Origin: Prevotella sp.
GTDB taxonomy: Bacteria; Bacteroidota; Bacteroidia; Bacteroidales; Bacteroidaceae
Length of the DNA stretch: 64,000 nt
NCBI GenBank assembly: GCA_017477435.1
Contig: JAFUVV010000016.1
Coordinates: forward strand, 15,421-79,420
Direction: 5' to 3'
The notes under the pieces are model-generated. The model saw only the letters and a list, made by a program, of their open reading frames with translations. It made no database searches and was not told the DNA's origin. The translations under genes were made by a program, and so were the position numbers. This document shows positions 48,838 through 58,205 of this stretch, piece after piece; the stretch's first letter is position 1, and every line of letters begins with the position of its first letter.

Positions 48838-50496
48838 CTACTTCTTCATCTCGTTGATGATGGTCTGGATGTCGGCTGTCGAGATCTTGCCGTCGCCATT
48901 GAGGTCGTACTTCATGTTCTGGTCGGCCTGAGCCTTCTTCATCTCGTTGATTATAACCTGAATGTCGGCGGTAGATATCTTTCCGTCGCCGTTGAGATCG
49001 TAGTTGATGCCTGCGTGCTTCACGAACACGATCCATGAGCACATCTTCGAGAGGTCGGCAGCGTAGCATGAGATGAACGCTACTTGGTCGACTTCCGCCT
49101 GCAGAGCGGGGTCGTCGGACTCCACGTCGTCGGCATCCATCACCTCCACGCCCACGAACGGTTGCTTGGCGTTGGTCGTCACGACGAAGTCATCGGCCGT
49201 GACAGCCTTGGATGTCTCCACCAGTGCTGTCTTCAGTGTGGCGTATGCAGGGAGCTCTTCTTCGCCGGCGTATGGCGTGGCTACGATGTCTGTACCGCCG
49301 ACGGTGGCAGATGTGATGTCGGCATTGTAGATGAGTTCAACGTCGTCCACGTAAAGCTCGTCGCCCTCGTTGCCTGTTCCGGCGCCGTTGTTTGTCGACA
49401 TTGTCACCATGATTGCCTTTGTCTGGGCGTTGTTAGAGGTGTATGTGTCGTAGTTGAAAGGAATGGAGAGTCGCTGCCATGTGGCACCGTTAGAGGAGAT
49501 GGTGTTGTTCTCGGCACGGGCTGCGATGTTTGTATATGTCTTGTCGACAGGCTCCTGGTAGTAGGTTCCGTCGGTGATGGTTGCCGAGACGGTTGCGTAT
49601 GGATAACTGCTGTTCACACTTTGCTGTTTGAACTTCACCCATGTCACGATGCTGTCTGGCTGTGCGTTGAGCAGCGAGTAGAACGGGTGTCCGCTTGGAT
49701 CTTTATCCGTTTTGCTAAGGTCCATCTCTGCATGATTCTTAGTGCTTGTGGCATTCACATCGCCGGCATTCAAGCGTCCAGTGGTTATTGTTCCATTGGC
49801 TATAGCTACTACGCCAAAAATGGGAACTGTTATAGGTGTTGATTTCAACAGCAGCGATTTTGTTCCTGTTGAGCCTGGACGGGTTTCTGAAGAAAGATAC
49901 GGGGCTTTACCTGCCATTGATGCCAAATCGCCCGATGCGGTGTTGAATGAGTGCCAGTATTCCGGCTCAGCGTAGGTGCCATCTTCCTCAACGGCAGCAC
50001 CTTCCGAGTCTTTGAACGATTCAAACGTTCCGTTGAAGAGCTGATATCCATCGCCGAAGCGAACGTTGATGATTTGGTGCATAAACTCCAGGTTGATGTC
50101 GATGACAGCCTGCAGCTTGTCTCCCACAAGTGCTGCGCGTAGCGAAATGGGCACTTCGCCAATCATTGGTCCCAGCCAGAAGTCGACCGACGGGTCGTCG
50201 CCTTCCTCGATGGTGATGTTGACTTCCTCGTTGAAGATGAGTCCGCGGTCGGTCTGCAGTGGTTCGCAGTCGGGCAGACTGATAGTCCCGACGCCCATGA
50301 GAGAGCCTTCGTTGTCGAGAGTGAAGTTCTTAAGGCTCAGTGTGTATGCGCCGTCGGATTGTTCGTTAAGGCTGATGGTTGCATGCTGATAGACGCTCTT
50401 GCCGTTGACTGTTACGACGAGAGTGTCGGTGTAGTCGGTGGCCATCGCGGTCAGCGACATCATCGACAATGCGATGAATGTAAAGATTTTTCTCAT
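48838..50496 (-). CDS. Secreted calycin-like + PCMD-like + dockerin protein (paralog A)
   Basis: Signal ending AMA; YTLSLKNF...WLGPMIG calycin-like; NGTFE..W, QPDSI, WQRLSIPF, LYVDDVELIY; C-terminal duplicated YDLNGDGKISTADIQ. Confidence 0.8.
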   Translation of the reverse strand: MRKIFTFIALSMMSLTAMATDYTDTLVVTVNGKSVYQHATISLNEQSDGAYTLSLKNFTLDNEGSLMGVGTISLPDCEPLQTDRGLIFNEEVNITIEEGDDPSVDFWLGPMIGEVPISLRAALVGDKLQAVIDINLEFMHQIINVRFGDGYQLFNGTFESFKDSEGAAVEEDGTYAEPEYWHSFNTASGDLASMAGKAPYLSSETRPGSTGTKSLLLKSTPITVPIFGVVAIANGTITTGRLNAGDVNATSTKNHAEMDLSKTDKDPSGHPFYSLLNAQPDSIVTWVKFKQQSVNSSYPYATVSATITDGTYYQEPVDKTYTNIAARAENNTISSNGATWQRLSIPFNYDTYTSNNAQTKAIMVTMSTNNGAGTGNEGDELYVDDVELIYNADITSATVGGTDIVATPYAGEEELPAYATLKTALVETSKAVTADDFVVTTNAKQPFVGVEVMDADDVESDDPALQAEVDQVAFISCYAADLSKMCSWIVFVKHAGINYDLNGDGKISTADIQVIINEMKKAQADQNMKYDLNGDGKISTADIQTIINEMKK

Positions 50497-50556
50497 GATC
50501 GTTTTCTTGTAGAAGGATTTATGTTTATGATTTATTTTTCAGTGAAATACTCTTTT

Positions 50557-52224
50557 TTAGTTCTGCTTGCCGAGTATTACGTCGATGAGGCTTGTCACGT
50601 CGGAGATGTCGATCGTGCCGTTTCCGTCCATGTCGGCGGCTTTGTGGTCGTAGGTGTAAGGCTTCGTGCTGTCTTTACCCAGTATGATGTCGATCATTGC
50701 GGTGACGTCGGAGATATCTGTCTTCCCGTCGCTGTTGACGTCGCCTGCCATTCTTTCCTTGTTTATGAACACCATCCACGCGTTAGCCTTCGAGAGGTCG
50801 GCGGCATAGCAAACGATGGTTGCTATCTGGTCGGCATTCTTCGGAAGTGTGGGGTCGTTGAGGATGATGTCGTCGGCATCGACCACTTCTTTGTATACGA
50901 ACGGCTGCCGGGCATTGGTCTCCACGGTGAAGTCGCTGGCAGCCACGACATCCTTCACCTCCACCTGTGCTATCTTCAGCGAGGCGTATCCCGGGAGAGG
51001 GTTCTCACCAGCGTATGCCGCAGCCTCGATGTTTTCTCCGCTGAGCTTGACGGAGGTGATGTCGGCATTGTAGATAAGTTCCATGTCGTCCACGTAAAGC
51101 TCGTCCTTATTACTTCCTTGTCCGGGATCAGCATTCGTTGACATGGTAATCAAGATTGCCTTTTGCTCGGCGTTGTTTGATGCATAGGTTGCGTAATCGA
51201 AAGGAATACTAAGCCGTTGCCATGCTGCTCCATTAGTGGCAATCGTGTTGTTTTTTGCAACAGCGACTTTGTTTGTATAAACCTTGTCCTCTGGATCTTG
51301 ATAGTAAGTTCCGTCGGTGATTGTAGCTGTGACAGTTGCGTATGGGTGTTGGGCATTTGCTGTACCCTGCTTGAACTTTGCCCAAAGTGCGATGCTGTCT
51401 GGCTGGACATTTAGAAGAGTGTAGAAAGGATGCCCGCTTGGGTCTTTTGCACTGTTACTTATGTCTATTTGAGCGTGATTTGCGACATCTGTAGCCGACA
51501 TACTTCCGGCATTAAGACGCCCATTGGTGGCAGTCCCATTTGCAACTACTCCAAATATGCTTGTGGCGAGTAGGCGTAATGATTTTTTGCTTGTTGAATT
51601 CTGCCGTGTATCATCAGACATATAGCAATGGGAGCCAGCAAGAGAAGCCCAACTTCCCGAGGCGGTGTTGAACGAATGCCAGTATTCTGGTTCGATGGTG
51701 GCGGTTGTCTCGTCTACTTCTTTTCCTTTCGAGTCTTTGAATGTCTCGAAGGAGCCGTTGTATAGGTGTATGCCGTCGCCGAAGCGGAGGGAGTAGGTCT
51801 TTGGGGAGGCGCCGGTGGTGGTGAATACGATGACAGCCTGGAGCTTGTTGTCGGCGAGCGAGGCGCGGAGAGAGAAGTTGATATCTCCTAATGATGGTCC
51901 TGTCCATGTGATGCCTCTGATGTTGTCGCCATCAGCGATGGTCGTCGTGATGTTCTCGTCGAAGATCATCCCGCGGTCGGTCTGTTTTGCATAGCAGTCG
52001 TCGAAGGTGATAGTCCCGAGAGCATCGGTGCCGGCTATGAGGTTTTTTAGGGTCAGCGTGTATGTGCCACTCTCTTTCTCGCTGAGGGTGATGGTGGCAT
52101 TCTTGTAGATGGTCTGTCCGTTGACGGTCACTGCGAGGGTGTCGCTGTAGTCGGTGGCCATTGCGGATAGCGATATTGCTGTGAGCGCAATGAGCGAGAG
52201 GATTTTCTTAATGTCGTATGTCAT
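50557..52224 (-). CDS. Secreted calycin-like + PCMD-like + dockerin protein (paralog B)
   Basis: Collinear with paralog A; C-terminal GDVNSDGKTDISDVT...AADMDGNGTIDISDVT type-I dockerin. Confidence 0.8.
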   Translation of the reverse strand: MTYDIKKILSLIALTAISLSAMATDYSDTLAVTVNGQTIYKNATITLSEKESGTYTLTLKNLIAGTDALGTITFDDCYAKQTDRGMIFDENITTTIADGDNIRGITWTGPSLGDINFSLRASLADNKLQAVIVFTTTGASPKTYSLRFGDGIHLYNGSFETFKDSKGKEVDETTATIEPEYWHSFNTASGSWASLAGSHCYMSDDTRQNSTSKKSLRLLATSIFGVVANGTATNGRLNAGSMSATDVANHAQIDISNSAKDPSGHPFYTLLNVQPDSIALWAKFKQGTANAQHPYATVTATITDGTYYQDPEDKVYTNKVAVAKNNTIATNGAAWQRLSIPFDYATYASNNAEQKAILITMSTNADPGQGSNKDELYVDDMELIYNADITSVKLSGENIEAAAYAGENPLPGYASLKIAQVEVKDVVAASDFTVETNARQPFVYKEVVDADDIILNDPTLPKNADQIATIVCYAADLSKANAWMVFINKERMAGDVNSDGKTDISDVTAMIDIILGKDSTKPYTYDHKAADMDGNGTIDISDVTSLIDVILGKQN

Positions 52225-52976
52225 TTCAGTCTGTAGTTGATTCCTATTGTTGCGAAGATAGGGTATAGGGTTTGCTCTATTGTTTTGAAGTCGCTGTGGT
52301 GGATGCCTGTGAGTCCCCAGTTGAGTTCTGCGAATGCTCCCACGTGCGAGGCGAGTCGCCAGTCGATGGCGGCTTCTATGCCGAACTGCATGTGGCGCAT
52401 ATCGTCGGAGAAGTCGTATTCGCCTCTTGTGCCGTCTTCGTTGCCGAGTTCCACTTTCGGTCCTGTGGGGTTGTCTACGCGTAGGTATCCGTCGTAGGCA
52501 TATCCGTCGAAGCCGCGTGTGAGTAGCAGCGATGCATACGGACCCGCTTTCAGTTGAATTTTCTGGGAGATGTTGAGAGTTGCGAGCAGTGGTAGTGTGA
52601 CCATCATCTCGTCGACGTATGTTGTCACTCCTCCGGTGAACACACCTCCGAGGGTCTGGTCGCCGCGTGTGATTTCCATTTTATAGTTCTTCACGTCGGC
52701 GTCTATCTCCATTGCTTTGTTCTCCAGTCGCAGTCCTGTCTCCAGTCCCCATGCGGAGGACAGCGGTTTGGTGACGTCGATACCTATCTGCAGGTTTGGT
52801 ATGATTGCAAATTTGTTGAGTCCCCGTATTGTGGCTGGCAGTCCGACGGGTGCTGTGCCTCCGATGTTGTATCCGAAGCGTGCTTTCAGTCCGATGTTGC
52901 TCAGGAATCCTTCGGCGTGTGCTGCTGAGGATAGGAGGAGCATCGCGGTGAGTGTGATTATGGTCTTTTTCATCAT
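52221..52976 (-). CDS. Small outer-membrane beta-barrel (porin/PorT-like family)
   Basis: Signal ending AHA; GYNIGGTAP; alternating beta strands; C-terminal IGINYRLK; overlaps both neighbours. Confidence 0.85.
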   Translation of the reverse strand: MMKKTIITLTAMLLLSSAAHAEGFLSNIGLKARFGYNIGGTAPVGLPATIRGLNKFAIIPNLQIGIDVTKPLSSAWGLETGLRLENKAMEIDADVKNYKMEITRGDQTLGGVFTGGVTTYVDEMMVTLPLLATLNISQKIQLKAGPYASLLLTRGFDGYAYDGYLRVDNPTGPKVELGNEDGTRGEYDFSDDMRHMQFGIEAAIDWRLASHVGAFAELNWGLTGIHHSDFKTIEQTLYPIFATIGINYRLK

Positions 52977-54127
52977 TCTTCTTCCTCGCATATTAGTCTT
53001 ACTTTGTCCACTTTGAGGCAGCTTCCTATGGCGCCTTCGAATTTTGCTCCGTCGATGCTCGATGAGAAGACTACTGTGATGTTGTAGCCTCTGTTCTCGA
53101 GCAGTTCGGGGTCTATCTCGCTGCTATAGTTGAAGTCTATCTCAAACGGTGTCCACTCTGTGGCATTCTCTGGTATCCTGAGGTCGGCCAGTGCGACGAT
53201 GTGGCTGTTTGTCTTCACGTCGTCGCCGTGGAGCACCACCTCGCTGCCGTCGGTGTCGTGGTTGCGGTAGAGTACGGCGTAGATGTTGCCTTCGTCTTGT
53301 CTTCCTTCGACGGTATTGCCTTTGTCATCCTGGAATTTCTCTCCTCGGGTGTACTGATAGTATCCCGACAGCTTCACCGGTTTCTTGTCGAACGGTATTC
53401 CGAAGCACGTTGCCATGAGGGGTTGCCGCAGTGCGATGTTGAGGTCGAAGAGTCCGAGGAACATGTTACCTGCAGCCAGGCGCATGTTCGACATTCTTCC
53501 GAACGGCCCTGTGTCGCACGTCTCGAGCTTCAGCGCTGCCCCGTCGAGTCCTTCGGCGATGGGTGTCGTGGGATATTCTTCGGGCTTTGCCGATCCTTTG
53601 CTGAGGCGGTATCCCGGGTTGCCTGTTGCCCAGTCGTTGCCCAGAGTGCCGTCGCCGAGGATGTTGTGCCAAATGTAGAACTTCTTATAGTCGGGGTCGA
53701 GTTCGTAGTTCTCAAAGTCGATGCCGATCTCAGTCTCTGTGATGGTCGACACTCTGTTCACGCTCACCTGGTATGTTCGGCTCCACTGGCCGTCTTCCGA
53801 CGTCACTGTGTAGCTTACGGGCCCTTTTGAGAAGTCCTGCACAGAGCCGCTTGCCGGCGTGATGGTTGCACCTTCTGTGAGCCTGAAATGCGGTGCGATG
53901 GCCGAGAGGTCGGCATGGCGCCGCACGTTGAACGATATCTGCGATGCATCGTAGGCAACGTTGACTATCGTGTCGGTGAGGTTGAAGAACATTTCCTCGG
54001 GGTTGTCGGAGTGTATGTATGCCTGTTCTATGTCGCACTCGGCATTCAGCGGCTCGTCTTTGAAGCACGAATGGAGGGTGAGGAGAGAAAACAGGATGAC
54101 ACTTGCTGATTTCAATTTCATTTTCAT
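52973..54127 (-). CDS. PCMD (putative carbohydrate metabolism domain) lipoprotein
   Basis: Lipobox LHSC; EPLNAECDI; GATITPASG..DF..PV.YTVTSEDG Ig-like; WATGNPG, AAGNMFLG, VVFSSSIDG.FEGAIGS.LKVD. Confidence 0.88.
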   Translation of the reverse strand: MKMKLKSASVILFSLLTLHSCFKDEPLNAECDIEQAYIHSDNPEEMFFNLTDTIVNVAYDASQISFNVRRHADLSAIAPHFRLTEGATITPASGSVQDFSKGPVSYTVTSEDGQWSRTYQVSVNRVSTITETEIGIDFENYELDPDYKKFYIWHNILGDGTLGNDWATGNPGYRLSKGSAKPEEYPTTPIAEGLDGAALKLETCDTGPFGRMSNMRLAAGNMFLGLFDLNIALRQPLMATCFGIPFDKKPVKLSGYYQYTRGEKFQDDKGNTVEGRQDEGNIYAVLYRNHDTDGSEVVLHGDDVKTNSHIVALADLRIPENATEWTPFEIDFNYSSEIDPELLENRGYNITVVFSSSIDGAKFEGAIGSCLKVDKVRLICEEEE

Positions 54128-54144
54128 AAAAAACAATTTGGATG

Positions 54145-54152
54145 CAAAATTA
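54145..54152 (-). promoter_or_regulatory. Bacteroidetes sigma-A -7 element for the PCMD operon
   Basis: TAATTTTG on the minus strand (TAnnTTTG consensus). Confidence 0.55.
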
Positions 54153-54495
54153 CGTTAATGCGAGCGAAAAAAGTAAATATTTAACAATATTTAAGCGCAA
54201 ACAGAGCAAAAAATGTAAGATTTTGGAGAAAAAGTTTACAGGTTGCCGCAGGAGAGCCAAATTTTCGAAAAATCGGTATTGTAACAATTTTGTAACGCTG
54301 TTATAGATTATCGCCCGTTGGCGGTGTGCAATGCTTTTTCACCCCCTTTTATACCCTTTTTAGGGCACAAAATACCCCTTTCCAGTGGTGGAACTTACGA
54401 ATTGAAAGCACTCTTTACTGTCCCGTTTTTGGTGACAAGGGCGAATGATTCTTTCTCTGACGTTATAAATCGGACAATAAAACCGATAACGTGAC

Positions 54496-54605
54496 CAATA
54501 AAGTTGCTTGATACTCCCGGTAGATGGGCTCTTTGATGCCATTAAAGGGCCCACTTGATGGCATTAAAGAGGCCCTTTAATGGCATTAACCCATTGGGTT
54601 ATTGT
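54496..54605. repeat. Degenerate array of 22-bp units, CATTAAA-N7-TTTAATG variant
   Basis: CA(A/T)TAA in 22-bp register at 54496, 54540, 54562, 54584; best unit CATTAAA-GAGGCCC-TTTAATG. Confidence 0.75.
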
Positions 54606-54884
54606 CGCCAGATGGTTGACATAAAAAAGGTTAAAAATATATCTGGTTGAAATACAGCGTTTTACAGATGAAGTCAAAAAATTCGATTTTTTTCAAAAAA
54701 ATTCTCCCCAGCCGAAGATTTTCAGAATTTTCGGCAAAATAGAAAAAATCGGTAAAAATGCTTACAGATTGATTCTTTCCTCCAATGTGCAATGAGGGAA
54801 AGTATGAAAAAAATGAAGGATAAAAGGCGTTGAGGCATGATGGAAGCTATTCCACCGTCACGCTCATCACCTTTTCGCCCGCTT

Positions 54885-55874
54885 CTATCTTCCCTGCCTT
54901 GTGAGGGAAGTTGACGCGCACGTCTTGTCGCCAGTGGCTATGCGCAGCGAGCGCAGCAGGGTGTCGTCGACGCGGAATGCCGTGCCGTGGCGTATTCCCT
55001 CGGGAAACGACACCTGGTCGCTCACGTCGGTCCACGTCTTGCCGTTGTCCAGCGAGCGCACCGCACCGTAGCGACCTTCCATATACTTGTCGAAGTAGAC
55101 GTAGAGCGTGTCGCCCACGTAGAGCGGTGCAGGTCCCTCGGCCCAGTACTTGCCAGTGATGGGAGCAGAGACTTTAGTAGGAAATCCGCGCTTCATGCTG
55201 CGGGAGCGGGTGAGGCGAATGTTTTTCTGGGCAGGGTTCGACGTCTCGTTCTTCACCACCATGATGAGCTCACGCTTGCCCGGGATGCGCACGACGGCAG
55301 CGTCGATCACGTTGAAGTCGGGGTTGAAATACAGTCGGGTGGGGGTGAATGATTTAAAGTCCTTCGTGGTGGTGCAGTAGATGCGGTGGTTCCACTCGTC
55401 CTTCCCTTCGAGCGAGCCTACGGAGTGGTGTCGTCCCGGGATGCTTGTGGCCCAGAAGATATAGAAAGTGCGTGTGGGTTCGTCGTAGAAGAGTTCTGGT
55501 GCCCAGCAGTTGCTTGCCGTGGGCTCGTCGGCCATCACGGGAATGGCGCGCTGCTCGGTCCAGTGGATCAGGTCGCGCGATGAGGAATAGCCGATGATGC
55601 GGTCGTGCCAGCTGCTGGTCCACACCATGTGGAACGTGCCGTCGGGTCCCTGCACGATGCTCGGGTCGCGCATCAGGCGGTCGTCGCCAACCTCAGGCTT
55701 CAGCAGCGACTCGTTGCCGTTGAGAGCATGCCAGTGCAGGCCGTCGTAGCTGTAGGCCAGGTGCAGACCGTCTTTCTCGCCGCGGAAATAGGAAAACAAA
55801 TAGGCGTCGCGCCCATAGGAGAACATCGTGCACAGAGTGGCACACACCATCAGAAGTAGTTTTTTTGTTGTCAT
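54885..55874 (-). CDS. GH43 family glycoside hydrolase
   Basis: GLHLAYSYDG, MRDPSI, CWAPE, VIDA, AEGP. Confidence 0.9.
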   Translation of the reverse strand: MTTKKLLLMVCATLCTMFSYGRDAYLFSYFRGEKDGLHLAYSYDGLHWHALNGNESLLKPEVGDDRLMRDPSIVQGPDGTFHMVWTSSWHDRIIGYSSSRDLIHWTEQRAIPVMADEPTASNCWAPELFYDEPTRTFYIFWATSIPGRHHSVGSLEGKDEWNHRIYCTTTKDFKSFTPTRLYFNPDFNVIDAAVVRIPGKRELIMVVKNETSNPAQKNIRLTRSRSMKRGFPTKVSAPITGKYWAEGPAPLYVGDTLYVYFDKYMEGRYGAVRSLDNGKTWTDVSDQVSFPEGIRHGTAFRVDDTLLRSLRIATGDKTCASTSLTRQGR

Positions 55875-56017
55875 GTCAGAAAGGTTTTATCGCTGCAAAG
55901 ATAAAGAAAAACAGCCGTATATGCAGCAAAAAGAAGGCTGTTTTTCGAATTTTGGTTGAAAATAAACATTGTCTAAAAAATAATATTTATCTTTGCACTC
56001 TAAAATTGTTGTTATTT

Positions 56018-56773
56018 ATGAAAATAGCATTGATAGGATACGGCAAGATGGGGCGTATGATAGAAAAGATAGCCCTGAAGCGTGGCCATAAGATTGTGTG
56101 CAAGATAGACGTAGACAATCAGGAAGACTTCAACACGGAAGCCTTCGCCTCGGCCGACGTAGCGATAGAGTTCACCAATCCCACTGCTGCCTACGACAAC
56201 TACCTGAAGGCATGGAGCCGCGGGGTGAAGGTTGTGAGCGGGTCTACGGGATGGAAGACAGACCACGAGGAGGATGTGCGCCGCATGTGTCAGGAAGAAG
56301 GGAAGACACTCTTCTGGGCTTCCAATTTCTCTATCGGCGTGGCTATCTTCTCGGCAGTGAACCGCTATCTGGCAAAGATAATGAACGGTTTTGCGCAGTA
56401 CGACGTCAGCATGGAGGAGGTGCACCACGTACATAAGCTCGACCATCCGTCGGGCACAGCCATCACACTGGCCGAGGAGATCATTGAGCGCAACGACCGC
56501 TACAGCAACTGGGCAGTAGGAGAACTTCACGATGCCGACGGGGCTGTATACAACTTCGACCCGGTGGGCGATCATCCGCTTCTGATCACTTGTCGTCGCG
56601 AGGGCGAGGTGCCGGGAATTCATAGTATAAAATACGACAGCGACGCCGACAGCATTACAATTACCCACAACGCTCACTCGCGAGAGGGATTTGCACTCGG
56701 TGCAGTGCTCGCAGCAGAGTATACCGTCAACCACACGGGACTGCTCACCATCAGTGACATGTTCAAGTTCTGA
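56018..56773 (+). CDS. dapB: 4-hydroxy-tetrahydrodipicolinate reductase
   Basis: Start MKIALIGYGKMG; EEVHHVHKLDHPSGTA; SREGFALGA. Confidence 0.97.
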   Translation: MKIALIGYGKMGRMIEKIALKRGHKIVCKIDVDNQEDFNTEAFASADVAIEFTNPTAAYDNYLKAWSRGVKVVSGSTGWKTDHEEDVRRMCQEEGKTLFWASNFSIGVAIFSAVNRYLAKIMNGFAQYDVSMEEVHHVHKLDHPSGTAITLAEEIIERNDRYSNWAVGELHDADGAVYNFDPVGDHPLLITCRREGEVPGIHSIKYDSDADSITITHNAHSREGFALGAVLAAEYTVNHTGLLTISDMFKF

Positions 56774-56801
56774 ATATTCACCTATAAAACTCCAACACAA
56801 T

Positions 56802-58109
56802 ATGAAACGTACACTATTCGCCGCAATCATCGTCGCAATGTCGTCGATGCCTGCACGGGCACAGGACACTGACAAAGGTGCCGGTGCACCCCGCCGGGAA
56901 GAAATTCTCCCGATAGAGGTTGACTTCGAAGGCTTTGAATGGGCAAAGGTAACCAATGTCTACGACGGCATCTTCGCCATACAGAAGAGCGATAACAAGG
57001 GAATCATCTGGAATTTCTACAACGTCGAGACGGCGGCACCAGTGTCACGCAGAGGATGGCTCACGCAAGACAGCCCGCGCTTCGATGGTGGCGTCTGTGC
57101 CGTCTGCGATACCACACCCGTAAAGGGCAGTCCCGCCAACGACCCTAAATACCAGTGGTATATCCTCCACAAGTCGGGCGAAACTACTGCCCTCGACCCC
57201 GCCATCACTGCCGTCGGCAACTTCTGCGACGGGCTGGCAGTGGCCAAGGCCAATGGCAAGATGTTCTTCATCAACGACAAGGGACGGACCGTGGCGCCAG
57301 ACGTACAGCCCAGAAGTTTCGTTACCTATCCACTGAGAGACAACCGGCGGCTGTTCATGGGGGCATCCATGAAGTTCGGCTACCTCGATGGCGAAGGACG
57401 CATCGCCATTGAGCCGCAGTATAAAAATGCTCACAACTTCAGCAGCAATTATGCCGTCGTTTGCAACGCAAGCAGGAAAAATGTCATTATCGATCCCACA
57501 GGACGCGTCGTCAGAGAGATACCCTCGCAGTACGTGTCGGTCACCGGAACGACAGTGACCGATTTCGTCGATGGCGGAGCAGTGGCGCTCAACACTGAGA
57601 CCGGCCGCTACGATATCATCACCCCAACCCTCGAGGTGCGTGCCAGCTACGACAAAGCCACGGCTTTCTATAACACCATTATCAACGAAGACGCCAACGC
57701 CATCGTCATGAACAACGATTGGAAACACCCGCAGATCTGTTCTACCAATGGGCGTACTCTCGGCCACAATGTCTGCATCAGCTTCCGCGATATCAGCGGG
57801 AATGAAATATTCCTGCAGCCCGAGCCCGACGGCGAAGCCGACAACCCACTGGCTGCTGACCTTCTCGAACGCAGCTATTGGAACAATACTGGCCTGCGGC
57901 TGGCCAATGTCTATTTGGGAGAAACCAGAGGAGCGCTATTCAACAGCAAGGGAGAGGTGTGTTGGACGTTCGACAACGAATACTTTAAACCCGATGACTT
58001 CTCACCGGCAGGCTATGCCAAGGGAATCTTCTGGACTGCCGACAAGAGCGACCACTTTGTCTTCTTCGACACACAGGGAAACATCAAGCTCGAGGTTGTT
58101 GTGAAGTAG
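56802..58109 (+). CDS. Secreted WG-repeat protein
   Basis: Start MKRTLF; FCDGLAVAK..FFINDKG, FGYLDGEG.IAIEPQY..A.NFS. Confidence 0.8.
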   Translation: MKRTLFAAIIVAMSSMPARAQDTDKGAGAPRREEILPIEVDFEGFEWAKVTNVYDGIFAIQKSDNKGIIWNFYNVETAAPVSRRGWLTQDSPRFDGGVCAVCDTTPVKGSPANDPKYQWYILHKSGETTALDPAITAVGNFCDGLAVAKANGKMFFINDKGRTVAPDVQPRSFVTYPLRDNRRLFMGASMKFGYLDGEGRIAIEPQYKNAHNFSSNYAVVCNASRKNVIIDPTGRVVREIPSQYVSVTGTTVTDFVDGGAVALNTETGRYDIITPTLEVRASYDKATAFYNTIINEDANAIVMNNDWKHPQICSTNGRTLGHNVCISFRDISGNEIFLQPEPDGEADNPLAADLLERSYWNNTGLRLANVYLGETRGALFNSKGEVCWTFDNEYFKPDDFSPAGYAKGIFWTADKSDHFVFFDTQGNIKLEVVVK

Positions 58110-58168
58110 ATAGTTGATGGGCAGGTAAGTTGACAAGTAGATAAGTCGACAAGTTGACAAGTTAATTG
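58108..58168. repeat. Degenerate tandem octamers (GACAAGTT-like)
   Basis: GGTAAGTT GACAAGTA GATAAGTC GACAAGTT GACAAGTT. Confidence 0.7.
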
Positions 58169-58205
58169 ATTAGAATTAAATAGTTTAAGTTTTTCACAAA
58201 CCATT

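Noticed and set aside
54140-54850. Invertible promoter for the PCMD operon
   Set aside because: No exact inverted repeats flank the -7 box, and no recombinase gene is nearby
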